A stretch of DNA of 64,000 nucleotides, from contig CAVYSE010000016.1 in NCBI GenBank assembly GCA_963771075.1, positions 1-64,000 on the forward strand, read 5' to 3'. The stretch is from a candidate division FCPU426 bacterium (GTDB taxonomy: Bacteria; Oederibacteriota; Muellerivitia; Muellerivitales; Muellerivitaceae). Below, one piece after another: positions 40,588 through 49,901 of this stretch. The translations under genes and the position numbers were made by a program. The notes under the pieces are model-generated. The model did not search any database and had not been told where the DNA came from. It saw only the letters and a list, made by a program, of their open reading frames with translations. Positions within the stretch are counted from its first letter, which is position 1, and each line of letters starts with the position of its first letter.

Positions 40588-42000
40588 CTATAGGCCCTTG
40601 AACCCGATCCCACGCGCGCGCCTTTGTATCACGATTTGGCGGTAATCCTCCTCAAGGTTTAATTCCCTCAATTTCCAAATCAAGGTGTTACGATGAAGGC
40701 CCAAGCTGGCCGCGGTGCGGGTTTGGTTCCCGCGGGTGTGTTCCAGGATCTTTCGAACATACTGCCGTTCAAACTGGTTGCGTACCCTTTTCAATGATAT
40801 TTTCGGATCCTTCCGCGAAGGCGCCAGGTCGATCTGCTTCAGTAAAAGGTCGATGGGAATGTCTTCCAAACCCAGCTCCTCCTTTCCCGCGAAAAAAGCC
40901 ATCATCTCGACGATGGATTCCATTTCGAGCAGGTTACCCGGCCAGGGATATTGGGTTAAATACTGGAGGGCGTCCTTATGGAAGGCCTTGGCGCCCGTCC
41001 GGGTCCTTTGACGGACATTTTTCAAGCATTGGAGGATCAATTCTTGAACGTCCCCCTTCCTTTCCCGAAGGGAGGGAATTTCGAGGGCGGCCCCGTTTAA
41101 GTGTTGGAAGAACTCCCGGCGGAGCGGATGCGAACCGGTTGGCAGGGGTTGGCGGGTTTCGATGGAAGCAATCACACGGACGTCCAAATCCTGGGCCGCC
41201 TTGCTGTTCAAACGGATGAACTTTTTTTCCCGGAGGACTTTGGATAATTTAGTTTGGATGGGATCCGGGATAAACTCGGCATGATCCAGGAAAAGGGTCC
41301 CATCATTCGCGAAATCCAATTTCCCGATCTGGGATTCTTTTTTGGGGGAATCCGGCCCCTCTAGCCCGAAAAGCTCACCGTCCCAATGGTTCCTGATAAC
41401 GGAGGAAGCATTCAGGCGGATGAAGGGGCCCTTCGACCGGGCGCTCTGGCGGTGTATCTCCCGGGCGATAGCCTCCTGCCCGCATCCCGGCTCCCCCGTC
41501 ATCAGGACGGGGACATCCTCCCGGGCGATTCCCTCGATTTTTTTCCTCAAAACCTTGATCTCGGGGCTGGACCCCAGAAAAACAAAATGGGAATCATCTT
41601 GATGATCCTGCTTCAAATAACGGATTTCCTTTTCCAGGTTCCGTTTTCCCAAGGCCCGTTGGATGACCGCGTATAGCTCTTCCAACTTGTAGGGTTTGGT
41701 CAAGTAATCATAGGCCCCATTTTTCATGCTCTCCAAACCCGTATCCGAATCTTTCAGGGCCGTTACCATGATGACATCCAACCCCTCGTCCCTGCGCTTG
41801 ACCTGCTTGAGAAGATCCAGGCCGGAGCCGTCGGGAAGGAGAATATCGAGCAGGTAAAGGTCGTATTCCCTTTGCTTGATCGCCTTTAATCCGGACTTGA
41901 AATCCTCCGCGAAGGTCAGGTCGTACATTTCCTTAAGTGCGAGACGGAAGGACTCCCGAACGCTTTCTTCATCATCCACGATTAAGAGATGGGCTTTCAA
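40588..42000 (-). CDS. NtrC-type response regulator with degenerate AAA+ domain
   Basis: REC (IVDDE, LLDILLPD, LTKP), sigma54-activator-like domain (GTLFLD, YPWPGNLLE), Fis HTH GNQTRTAASLGLHRNTL. Confidence 0.88.
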   Translation of the reverse strand: MKAHLLIVDDEESVRESFRLALKEMYDLTFAEDFKSGLKAIKQREYDLYLLDILLPDGSGLDLLKQVKRRDEGLDVIMVTALKDSDTGLESMKNGAYDYLTKPYKLEELYAVIQRALGKRNLEKEIRYLKQDHQDDSHFVFLGSSPEIKVLRKKIEGIAREDVPVLMTGEPGCGQEAIAREIHRQSARSKGPFIRLNASSVIRNHWDGELFGLEGPDSPKKESQIGKLDFANDGTLFLDHAEFIPDPIQTKLSKVLREKKFIRLNSKAAQDLDVRVIASIETRQPLPTGSHPLRREFFQHLNGAALEIPSLRERKGDVQELILQCLKNVRQRTRTGAKAFHKDALQYLTQYPWPGNLLEMESIVEMMAFFAGKEELGLEDIPIDLLLKQIDLAPSRKDPKISLKRVRNQFERQYVRKILEHTRGNQTRTAASLGLHRNTLIWKLRELNLEEDYRQIVIQRRARGIGFKGL

Positions 42001-42450
42001 TTTACGGTCCTTGACGCGAGTTGTAGACGGATCATTCGCCGGTACTGTCAGGATTCAATTTTGTTCAAAAGATCCTCGGATTTCAACTGCGGTGCCTTTC
42101 GAGCCCGCCTCAGATCCCTCCAGAAACATTACAGCCTATTACCGGGGAGGGATTGAAACCGATTCATTCGGATCTTTTCCATTTTATTTCCGTCCAGGCC
42201 TAAAAAGGAACGAGGCCCCAGGGGGAAAACAGTCGGATAGGATTCATTTTGGCCTTTCGAGGGCTTTCCCGATACAAAAATACGGGCGCATGGGGAGGGT
42301 GGAAACGAGGAATCGCCTCATTTTTGGCACCATGAAAACGAATGAACATCCGCACCCAAAACAAAACCTTCATTCAGTGATCGTTTCCCTCTTCATCGGG
42401 AAAACCGGGACATAAGGAATCTTCCCAAACTTTAACGTCTACAAATCTTG

Positions 42451-43389
42451 TCACCCGTTCTTATGTTTCTTTTTATGTTTTTTCACCGGCTTCTTCGGCG
42501 CGGGCGGGGGTGTCTTATCCTTGACCTCGGGTCCAAGCTTTACCAATTCCATCGGGTTCTTTTGAAGCAGGTCTTTCTTCTGGTCCTCCGTTAACAGTTT
42601 GGTCTCTTTGTGGTTTTTTCGGACCGAGCTTTCGACATAGGAAACGAACTTGGGAAACCGTGAATCCGGGGCGTCCGGCGGCTTCACTTCTCCCGCCTTT
42701 GTGAAGACCAAAGGCCGATAAAGCAAAAAAGTCAAGTTCTCATATTGATATTTGGGTTTTACATCCTTGTCCTTGAGGAACCGAAGGCTGAGGAACTGGA
42801 CCGGGTCGGTACCGGCACCCTTCACGAAGGCGTCTTCTTCCATTTCCGCGTGGTCCAGGTTATAGGCCGTCATGATCCTCCCCGAAGAGATCAAGAACAA
42901 TAGGCATTGGCCCTTGGCCCCATAAGGGTTTTCGTCCCGATCACTCTCTGAACCTTCTTCCTGGGTCAATAAGTCACCCGTGGATTGGGTGTAAGGGATG
43001 ACGTAATCCGGTTGGCCGTCCCCGTTCAAGTCCGCGGTATAAACCGCGCTTACCTCCGCCCCGTCGGGGATCTCCAGCTTCAAATCCGGCAGGGGATCGG
43101 GTTGGGTGAGTTGAAGGACCAGCTTGTACTTTTTTCGGTCGTCCTGCGTGACGTCCGCTTTAAGGAGAAAGGGAGCGGACGAATTCTTCAGACCGAACTC
43201 CTCCGATGTATTGCAGCCCAGGACATTACGGGCCCGGGTGACCATCGATTCCAGTGTCACGGGCGCCGGTTTCTCATTCTCGGCGTAGGGGCCGAAATCG
43301 TCGAACCAATCCCCGTAGGCGTAAGAACTGCTGGTACCCAACAGGAACAGCAAAGCGGAAAGCAGGCCAGCTCGGCGCCGAAAGCTCAT
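42451..43389 (-). CDS. Secreted hypothetical protein
   Basis: Signal peptide MSFRRRAGLLSALLFLLGTSSSYA; ADLNGDGQPD Ca-binding-like motif; Lys/His-rich tail; ATGA overlap with the upstream gene. Confidence 0.7.
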   Translation of the reverse strand: MSFRRRAGLLSALLFLLGTSSSYAYGDWFDDFGPYAENEKPAPVTLESMVTRARNVLGCNTSEEFGLKNSSAPFLLKADVTQDDRKKYKLVLQLTQPDPLPDLKLEIPDGAEVSAVYTADLNGDGQPDYVIPYTQSTGDLLTQEEGSESDRDENPYGAKGQCLLFLISSGRIMTAYNLDHAEMEEDAFVKGAGTDPVQFLSLRFLKDKDVKPKYQYENLTFLLYRPLVFTKAGEVKPPDAPDSRFPKFVSYVESSVRKNHKETKLLTEDQKKDLLQKNPMELVKLGPEVKDKTPPPAPKKPVKKHKKKHKNG

Positions 43390-44660
43390 GGGTTGCCTCC
43401 TTCCTCTTCCATCGGATAATTTGATTCCTTCGGGAATAATTCCAGGTATTTGGAACGGCTTATATATTGGGGAGCGAGGGTATTGTCTTCCAGGACACCG
43501 GTTCCCTCGGTTGATTTCCACCGGTAGACCGTTTCCGGGTTCATGGATGCGGGGTTTTCGGCGGGCTTATCCCACTCCACCTGAATGGGCTTATTTTGCG
43601 GGTTGAAGGTGGCCACATAGGTTTGGGCCGATTGGGGGTTTTCCTCTTCTTCCGTTCCCTCATCCCACCGCGAGAACTCTTTCCACTTGGGTTTTGGGTA
43701 GCCGGTGTCCTCGCAGGACCGGCGGTAAACCTCGATCTGCTTGCAATCGAAGGGCTGGAAGCTGTCTCCCGCGAATTTCAGGCATTCTTCCCGGCCTTTG
43801 CCGTGAATGGTGAAATAGAGGTCATCCCCCACCGCAACCAGCATCCCCTCGGTCCGGTACAGGCGCATCGGCGGAAGGACCCGGGCCTTTCCATCCTTCA
43901 AAAGGTACATCTCATGGACGAAGGCGTTGGAATAGACGGGTTTGCCTGTCAGAAAGCGCAGGTAGGGATGGACTTCATCCACCAGACGCTCCACCCGGCC
44001 CGTGTCGGACATCATGAAATCCACCAGGGTTTCCCCATCCGTTGAGAAGGCCCGGAGTTGTCCGGGAGTACGCATCAGGGAATAGCGGGGATAAAAAAGA
44101 AAGCCCGCGAGGATGAGAATGAAGAAAAGATAAAGGTAGACGCCGAACCGACAGGCCCATTCCAGGTAGCGGGAGTGTTTGCTTTCGAAAAAGTTACGGA
44201 GATTCCGCAGGTCCTCGGCGTTGAAACAAGACTTCGGATAATTCTCGATCGTATTATTCTTGTTGTACCACATGATCCGTTTGGGTGTTTCCGCGAAGCG
44301 GGCGACATTCTTTAATAGCGACTTGTATTCCGATTCCGCAGTATGGCCGGTGTAATCCACCTCGGTGAACTCAAACTCATGGTCCAGATTGGTGATCCGG
44401 TTCCGGCCGGTCCATTTATTGACGGCGACGATAATGAGGGTGATGACGAAAAAGAAAAATAACTCGAACAATAAAAAGTCAAACAACACCACCGCCGATT
44501 TGAAATACATTTTTTGTTGGAGAAGGGACAACCCCCCGATTTTCCAAAAAATGTAAAGGGTCAATCCGATGACCACATAGCAAAAGGGCGGGATAAGATA
44601 AGCCAGATATTGCCCGACCACGATATCCCAATAACCGTTTTTCGCCTTCACCTTGAACAT
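43386..44660 (-). CDS. Hypothetical membrane protein (YcxB-like N-terminal region)
   Basis: Two TM helices, a cytoplasmic segment ending YPKSCFNAEDLRNLRNFF, a third TM and a soluble domain; AGGAG precedes the ATG at 44660. Confidence 0.55.
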   Translation of the reverse strand: MFKVKAKNGYWDIVVGQYLAYLIPPFCYVVIGLTLYIFWKIGGLSLLQQKMYFKSAVVLFDFLLFELFFFFVITLIIVAVNKWTGRNRITNLDHEFEFTEVDYTGHTAESEYKSLLKNVARFAETPKRIMWYNKNNTIENYPKSCFNAEDLRNLRNFFESKHSRYLEWACRFGVYLYLFFILILAGFLFYPRYSLMRTPGQLRAFSTDGETLVDFMMSDTGRVERLVDEVHPYLRFLTGKPVYSNAFVHEMYLLKDGKARVLPPMRLYRTEGMLVAVGDDLYFTIHGKGREECLKFAGDSFQPFDCKQIEVYRRSCEDTGYPKPKWKEFSRWDEGTEEEENPQSAQTYVATFNPQNKPIQVEWDKPAENPASMNPETVYRWKSTEGTGVLEDNTLAPQYISRSKYLELFPKESNYPMEEEGGNP

Positions 44661-44684
44661 AAGATCTCCTCGAATCAAGGATGC

Positions 44685-45734
44685 CTATAAAGCGTGATAT
44701 TCTTCCATCAAACGCCGTACTTCCTCCACCACTTCCTCCACCTTGATATCCTCCATGCAGAAATACCCATCACTTCTTTTGCATTCATAGGCCTTGCAGG
44801 GAGAACAATCGGGGTGGCGGGTCACCACCTTTACGTGCGGGCCCCATGGTCTCCAAACCGCTGACTCGTTGGCGGCGGAAAAGAGGCTCAGGATCGGGAC
44901 GCCCGTGGCGGCCGCCACGTGGGTCGCGCCGGAATCGCATCCAATGAAGATCGAACAATGCTTCACAAGGACGGCCATTTGCCTCAAATCGAGCTTACCC
45001 ACCAGGTTGACCACCGGGCATTCCAGACCGTCCAACACTTCTTGGGCGTGGCCCAAATCCTGTTCCCCGCCCAGCACCAGAATGTCCGCCTGGGTGGCTC
45101 GGTGAAGTTCGTGGATGAGGGCCGCGAAACTTTCCTCGGGCCAACGTTTGGAGGGCATGGCGGCCCCCAGGTGAATGGCGATACGCGGGATTCCCGGCAA
45201 TAGTTCCTGGGAGGGCATATGGTCCTGGGCCGTCTTTTTATCCCGGTCATCCACCCAAAACTCTAGGTTGCGTTCCTTCAGGGGAATGCCCAAGTGCTGG
45301 AGGATTAGTAGGTTTCGGTCGACCTGGTGCATGTCTTGTAAGGGTTGGGGGATTCGGTCCGTTAAAAACCACCCCGCCCATCCCAACCGAAAACCCATCC
45401 GCCGTTGTGCCCCGGAAAAACCTGCCACCAAGGCATCGAGCCGGCTTTGGTACCGGAAATTCAGGATCAGATCAATCGACAAGGTCCGCAGGAAGCGGAT
45501 AAGTTTCAACGCGGATTTCCAACGAGGGAGCGGCTCGGCCCCGGGTTTGAGCCAAAGCGCGTCGAAAATATAAACCTCATCAAAATAGGGGCAAGCCTTG
45601 GCGAGGTCCGCCACTTGCGAAGAGACGAGGACTGAGATGCGGTCGTTTGGATAGGCTTGGCGCAAGGCCCGGTAAGCCGGGATACCCAGGACGAAATCGC
45701 CAATACGATCAAGCCGTAATAGGACTATTTCCAT
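44685..45734 (-). CDS. GT9 LPS heptosyltransferase-like glycosyltransferase
   Basis: RLDRIGDFVL, HLGAAMPSKRWP, GCDSGATHVAAA, C-terminal CSPC...CM. Confidence 0.92.
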   Translation of the reverse strand: MEIVLLRLDRIGDFVLGIPAYRALRQAYPNDRISVLVSSQVADLAKACPYFDEVYIFDALWLKPGAEPLPRWKSALKLIRFLRTLSIDLILNFRYQSRLDALVAGFSGAQRRMGFRLGWAGWFLTDRIPQPLQDMHQVDRNLLILQHLGIPLKERNLEFWVDDRDKKTAQDHMPSQELLPGIPRIAIHLGAAMPSKRWPEESFAALIHELHRATQADILVLGGEQDLGHAQEVLDGLECPVVNLVGKLDLRQMAVLVKHCSIFIGCDSGATHVAAATGVPILSLFSAANESAVWRPWGPHVKVVTRHPDCSPCKAYECKRSDGYFCMEDIKVEEVVEEVRRLMEEYHAL

Positions 45735-45819
45735 GACGGGGCATCTTACCAGAACTGCGCCTTATCCACAGATTCATTGGATGGTGGCAAAATTTTTTTA
45801 TTTTTCAGGGTAAAGCCGC

Positions 45820-48800
45820 TCATTTAAAGAAAAGGACCTTGACGATTTTGTGGATTTTATTTCCGGATAAAATGTCTGTTGTCTCTTCCGCGGCCAAATA
45901 TAGGCCGGATGCCACCGTTTGGCCTGAAAGATTCGTCAAATTCCACGATGTTTGTCCATTCGTCCAGGAAAGCGTTTTAACCAAATCTCCAGAGATGGTA
46001 TAGATCCGCAAAGGCTCGTTTCCGGGTCCGGCGGGCAAGTCCTGGACGAGGCAACTGAAGGTCACTAACCCACCTGTCGCAATGATGTTGGGTGATGCGG
46101 ATAGCTGAATTGGGGTTATGGAATGGAAGGGATCAATATAAACATCCCTCGAGATCAATCTTTGATTGGAAAAATTCGGGTTTTGGATGAGCTGAACCTG
46201 GTAGAAGCCGTTGGGGACGACGTTTCCCTGTTGATTGAAGGAATCCCAAACCGCCACCACCTTTCCATTCACCAGAATGGCCAGCGATCCTCCGATTGCC
46301 TCCGGAAGAGGTTGGTAAGGGCTAAAAGTCAGGTTCAAGGAACCGTTCCCTGGAAAGACACCTGAACCGCACAATTGGCGGACGAGTTCACCACGGTCAT
46401 CAAAAATACTCACAGTTTCGAGGAGACAGTTAGCCTCTGGCGTGGCGGTTGCCGAAAAAATCCATGACGGGGTGAAACTTGCGGTGGAGACAGGGGTCGC
46501 GGTCGAGGTTTGGGTGAAAGGGGTTATGGGAGAAATGGTTCCGGTCCAGGTAAGGGTCGGGGTACCGGAAATGTTCGTCCCCGTGGGTGTGGATGACGCA
46601 CTCGGAGTCGGTGTTTCAGTAACGGTGAAAAGAACCGTCCAAATGGAAGTGGGGGTGGATGTTGGGGTATCGGTTGACACTTGAGTCCAAACCGGGGTGG
46701 AAGTCGAAGTCGCGGTATCGGGAACATTCGTCAAGGTGAACGCGGGAGTACCGGTCGCTGTTTGGGTATCGGGAGGGGTAAGCGTATCTGTCACAAAGGG
46801 AGTGGATGTTCCAGTCATGAACTGAGTCGGGGTGGAAGTGACCGTATCAGGCTGGAGGGTCGTGGTGGTTGTGGGGCTTGAAGTTTGGGTAAGGGTGAAC
46901 ACCGGGGTCCAGACTTGGATGGGAGTCGATGTCGCCGTATTGGGAATATTCGTCCAGGTGGGAGTGGGAGTATCGGTCGCTGTCTGAGTGTTAAGAGGGG
47001 TGGGCGTATCTGTCAAAAGGGGCGTAAATGTTCCAGTCATGGGGTTTGTCGGCGTGGAAGTGACCGTATCAGGCTGGAGGGTCGTGGTGGTTGTGGGGGT
47101 CGGAGATTCGGTAAGGATGAATGTGGTTGTCCAAACCGGGGTAGATGTTTCAGTGGCCGTAACCAATAGAGGGGTAAAAGAGGTTGTCGGGGTTTGAGTG
47201 GTCGTTAAGGTATCGGTTGAAATAACGGTGGGAGTGTCCGTTAGGGTCCAGGTATCGGAAGGCACAGGGGTCAAGGTTCCAGTCGCGGTAAAACTATTCG
47301 TGGACTGGGGTGTCCATGTGCCGGTCTGCGTATAAGAATTCGTCACCGTGGGTGTTTCGGTACTTGATTCCGTTTCCGTTGGGGTAAGGGTGGGGGTGCT
47401 CGTATTCGTAAAGGTGTCCGTTGGGACAGGGGTGAGGGTATCGGTATCTATGGGGGGGGATGTGGATGTTCTGGTCGGGGTAAAACTAACTGTCGGCACA
47501 GGGGTCAGGGTGGAGGTGGAAGTATCGGAAGGAATGGCCGTAAAGGTATCCGTAACCGTATCGCTACTGGTTGGATAGGCCGTCCAGGTGCCGGTTGGCG
47601 TGAAAGAAACGGTGGCGGTTGGGGTATCCGTGGCCGTCCAAGTGGGTGTGGGCGTATTGGACGGGGTAGCTGTCATGGTGAAGGTTCCCGTCGGGTTCGG
47701 AGTGGACGTATTCGTTAGGGTAAGGGTATTCGTCGGCTGGGGCGAAAGGGTCCGGGTGGGTGTGAACGAGCTCGTGTCATTGGGGGTAAAAGTACCCGTA
47801 AAGGTATTGGTGGAAGAAGGGGTTGGGACCGTCGTTCGGGTGGAAGTCAAAGAAAAGGTTGAGGTGAAAGTATCGGTTTGGGATGGGGTATAGGTGATCG
47901 TGCCGGTAGGAGTAATGGTGTTCGTGAAGGTATTGGATGGAAGGAACGTAAAAGTGTTCGTCACAGTAAAACTCGCCGTTGGAGTCGCGGTGGGAATAAA
48001 GGTTCGGGTAAAAGTGAAAGAAGAGGTAATGGTTGTCGTTGGGGTCCATGTAAAGGTTGGTGTGGAAGTGACCGTTCCACTGGGAGTCGGTGTGGGTGTA
48101 CAGCCGATGAGGACCGTGCTAACCGCGTTGGATAAAACACTGTTCATGGGCGTTTGGCCATTCAACTCGCCCGTGTTTGCAAGGGTTAGTCCACAATTGT
48201 TAACGGTCCCAACGACCGTGAGGGCACCGGCCACTCCTGCCGCCAAGTTACCCAGGGGCCAAACCACTTCCTGGCCCGTCACGGTGGGAGCCCCGCTCGC
48301 TGAGGAATAGGTCAAACCAACGGGCAGGGTGTCGGTGACGGTCACGTTATATAGGGGTGGGTATTTCACGATGGAAACGTTGTCGAACCGGATGGTGCTT
48401 CCACTATTGGATTGGATTCCACCTTGGCCCGTGGGGATTAAAAAGGTGGTCGTGCCCGAAACCGCCCGGGTCCCGTTGACGTACAAATTCATGCTGACCC
48501 CGCCCGAGGTCATGGTGAGAACCTCGAATTTCACGGTGCACCAGGTGCCAGCGGTGATATTGGCGCTGCCCGTCGCCACGCTGGTAAAGGCCGCGCCGGG
48601 GTTGTTCCAATAGGCGACGGACACGTTGTTGGCGGTGCCCACGTTGAGTAAAGCCTGGTAATTCGACCCGTTAACCGTCGTGGTTCCGTCGAACCGGAAA
48701 AGCAGGACGGCGGTTTCGGTTGTTCCGGTTTGGATCTTCATGTCGGTTTGGATATATCCGTCCCCCACCTGGGTTCCGCAGTTGTTGAGGAGATAGGGAT

Positions 48801-49125
48801 AATTGCCCGCGGCGGAGACTCCCTGCAGGGCCTGGGTGCCGGTCAAGGTGGGGCCGTTGTCGGTGACGATAGTCCAGGTTCCTCCGGAATTGGTCCATCC
48901 AGCCGGGAAGGCGCCCAGTGTGTCGTTTTCAAATGTGTCGGAACAGTTGGTATTGGCATTCGTATTGGCGTAATTAAGAATATAGGTAACGGCATTGCCA
49001 GGGGAGGCGCTGGTGATATTCACCGACTTGGTCAGGGTGACTTGGGCTTGCAATAGAACAGGGCACAGGAAAAGAACCGGCAGGAAGGGAAAAAAAGAAC
49101 TGGAAACGGCGCGGACAGCTTTCAT
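45820..49125 (-). CDS. Large secreted Thr/Pro-rich surface protein (DUF11-like, lectin-like beta-sandwich, C-terminal FlgD-Ig-like modules)
   Basis: Signal peptide; LTKSV...VTYILNY and VTVTDTLPVGLTY; long TPT stalk; IYTISGDLVKTL...WN...VASGLY. Confidence 0.8.
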   Translation of the reverse strand: MKAVRAVSSSFFPFLPVLFLCPVLLQAQVTLTKSVNITSASPGNAVTYILNYANTNANTNCSDTFENDTLGAFPAGWTNSGGTWTIVTDNGPTLTGTQALQGVSAAGNYPYLLNNCGTQVGDGYIQTDMKIQTGTTETAVLLFRFDGTTTVNGSNYQALLNVGTANNVSVAYWNNPGAAFTSVATGSANITAGTWCTVKFEVLTMTSGGVSMNLYVNGTRAVSGTTTFLIPTGQGGIQSNSGSTIRFDNVSIVKYPPLYNVTVTDTLPVGLTYSSASGAPTVTGQEVVWPLGNLAAGVAGALTVVGTVNNCGLTLANTGELNGQTPMNSVLSNAVSTVLIGCTPTPTPSGTVTSTPTFTWTPTTTITSSFTFTRTFIPTATPTASFTVTNTFTFLPSNTFTNTITPTGTITYTPSQTDTFTSTFSLTSTRTTVPTPSSTNTFTGTFTPNDTSSFTPTRTLSPQPTNTLTLTNTSTPNPTGTFTMTATPSNTPTPTWTATDTPTATVSFTPTGTWTAYPTSSDTVTDTFTAIPSDTSTSTLTPVPTVSFTPTRTSTSPPIDTDTLTPVPTDTFTNTSTPTLTPTETESSTETPTVTNSYTQTGTWTPQSTNSFTATGTLTPVPSDTWTLTDTPTVISTDTLTTTQTPTTSFTPLLVTATETSTPVWTTTFILTESPTPTTTTTLQPDTVTSTPTNPMTGTFTPLLTDTPTPLNTQTATDTPTPTWTNIPNTATSTPIQVWTPVFTLTQTSSPTTTTTLQPDTVTSTPTQFMTGTSTPFVTDTLTPPDTQTATGTPAFTLTNVPDTATSTSTPVWTQVSTDTPTSTPTSIWTVLFTVTETPTPSASSTPTGTNISGTPTLTWTGTISPITPFTQTSTATPVSTASFTPSWIFSATATPEANCLLETVSIFDDRGELVRQLCGSGVFPGNGSLNLTFSPYQPLPEAIGGSLAILVNGKVVAVWDSFNQQGNVVPNGFYQVQLIQNPNFSNQRLISRDVYIDPFHSITPIQLSASPNIIATGGLVTFSCLVQDLPAGPGNEPLRIYTISGDLVKTLSWTNGQTSWNLTNLSGQTVASGLYLAAEETTDILSGNKIHKIVKVLFFK
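46655..47098 (-). repeat. Approximately 222-bp (74-aa) tandem duplication inside the Thr/Pro stalk
   Basis: Identical 45-mer at 46832-46876 and 47054-47098; protein repeat PTTTTTLQPDTVTSTPT..MTGT. Lower boundary approximate. Confidence 0.85.
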
Positions 49126-49290
49126 ATAGATGTGGTGGATGGGGTAAGGAACTCTTCAAAGTTCCTTAGGGCGTTCGATCCGAAATCTCCTTTCGTTCAT
49201 AATAAAGTGCTTGGCGAAATTATACCCTTGTTTCCTCGCAATCATAGGGCCCCCAATATGGGGTGGTGCAGGGGTCTATTTTCTTTATAT

Positions 49291-49881
49291 CTAGGGGGTA
49301 GTGCCACCAGACTTCGTTTGATCCTTGGCGTCCCTGACCAACATCAGGATGGTTTCCAACTCCCCGCCGTCGCACCAGATGGCCCTGCATGAATCATTGG
49401 AACAACGGTCAATCACCACTTGCGTCAGGCTGGAATGGATGGTTTTGCCCATGGATTCCCCGCAAAAAGGGCATTCGATTTCCGGGTAAGCGTTCCGCTC
49501 CTTAAGCGGTCCCCGTTGCTGACTCCTCCAAACCTTAGCCTTTTGAATTTCGTCCTGTTTAAAAGCGCCCGGGTCCCTCGTGATCAACCGGTCCAAAATC
49601 CCGGCCTTCAAAAGATAGCCATTACAAAAGGAACATTTTTCTACCGACGTCCCATCCAGGGTTTGCTCAGTTAAGGAGACCTTGCATCGTGGGCATTTCT
49701 CGCCCGACACCAAGCCCTGTACCTGCTTTTGAAAAAGGGGAACCAAATCCGCGATTTCCGATGCCTTTTGCACATTCTGCGTGCCAGCTGGGCAGATCCA
49801 GGTGCCCGGTCCCAGGGCGCTCATGGCCAAAAGCTGGGGACCCGTATAGGGTCCGGCCCATTGGTTGTTCAGGTAGGCCAT
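49291..49881 (-). CDS. Double zf-TFIIB-type zinc-ribbon protein (probably the C-terminal part of the HtpX-like protease)
   Basis: CPRC..CSFC and CPFC..CSNDSC..WCDGGEL; no Shine-Dalgarno; the frame stays open back into the protease 3' end. Confidence 0.75.
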   Translation of the reverse strand: MAYLNNQWAGPYTGPQLLAMSALGPGTWICPAGTQNVQKASEIADLVPLFQKQVQGLVSGEKCPRCKVSLTEQTLDGTSVEKCSFCNGYLLKAGILDRLITRDPGAFKQDEIQKAKVWRSQQRGPLKERNAYPEIECPFCGESMGKTIHSSLTQVVIDRCSNDSCRAIWCDGGELETILMLVRDAKDQTKSGGTTP

Positions 49882-49901
49882 AAAGGAAGCGCCTGCTTGA
49901 T

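Noticed and set aside
42001..42450. Possible riboswitch or ncRNA, or the 179-aa plus-strand ORF, in this long spacer
   Set aside because: No recognisable aptamer consensus, and the ORF shows no protein-like features.
46440..48100. Repetitive DNA suggesting a CRISPR or satellite array; Val/Gly-rich plus-strand ORFs
   Set aside because: Explained by Thr/Pro codons of the minus-strand gene; there is no repeat-spacer structure.
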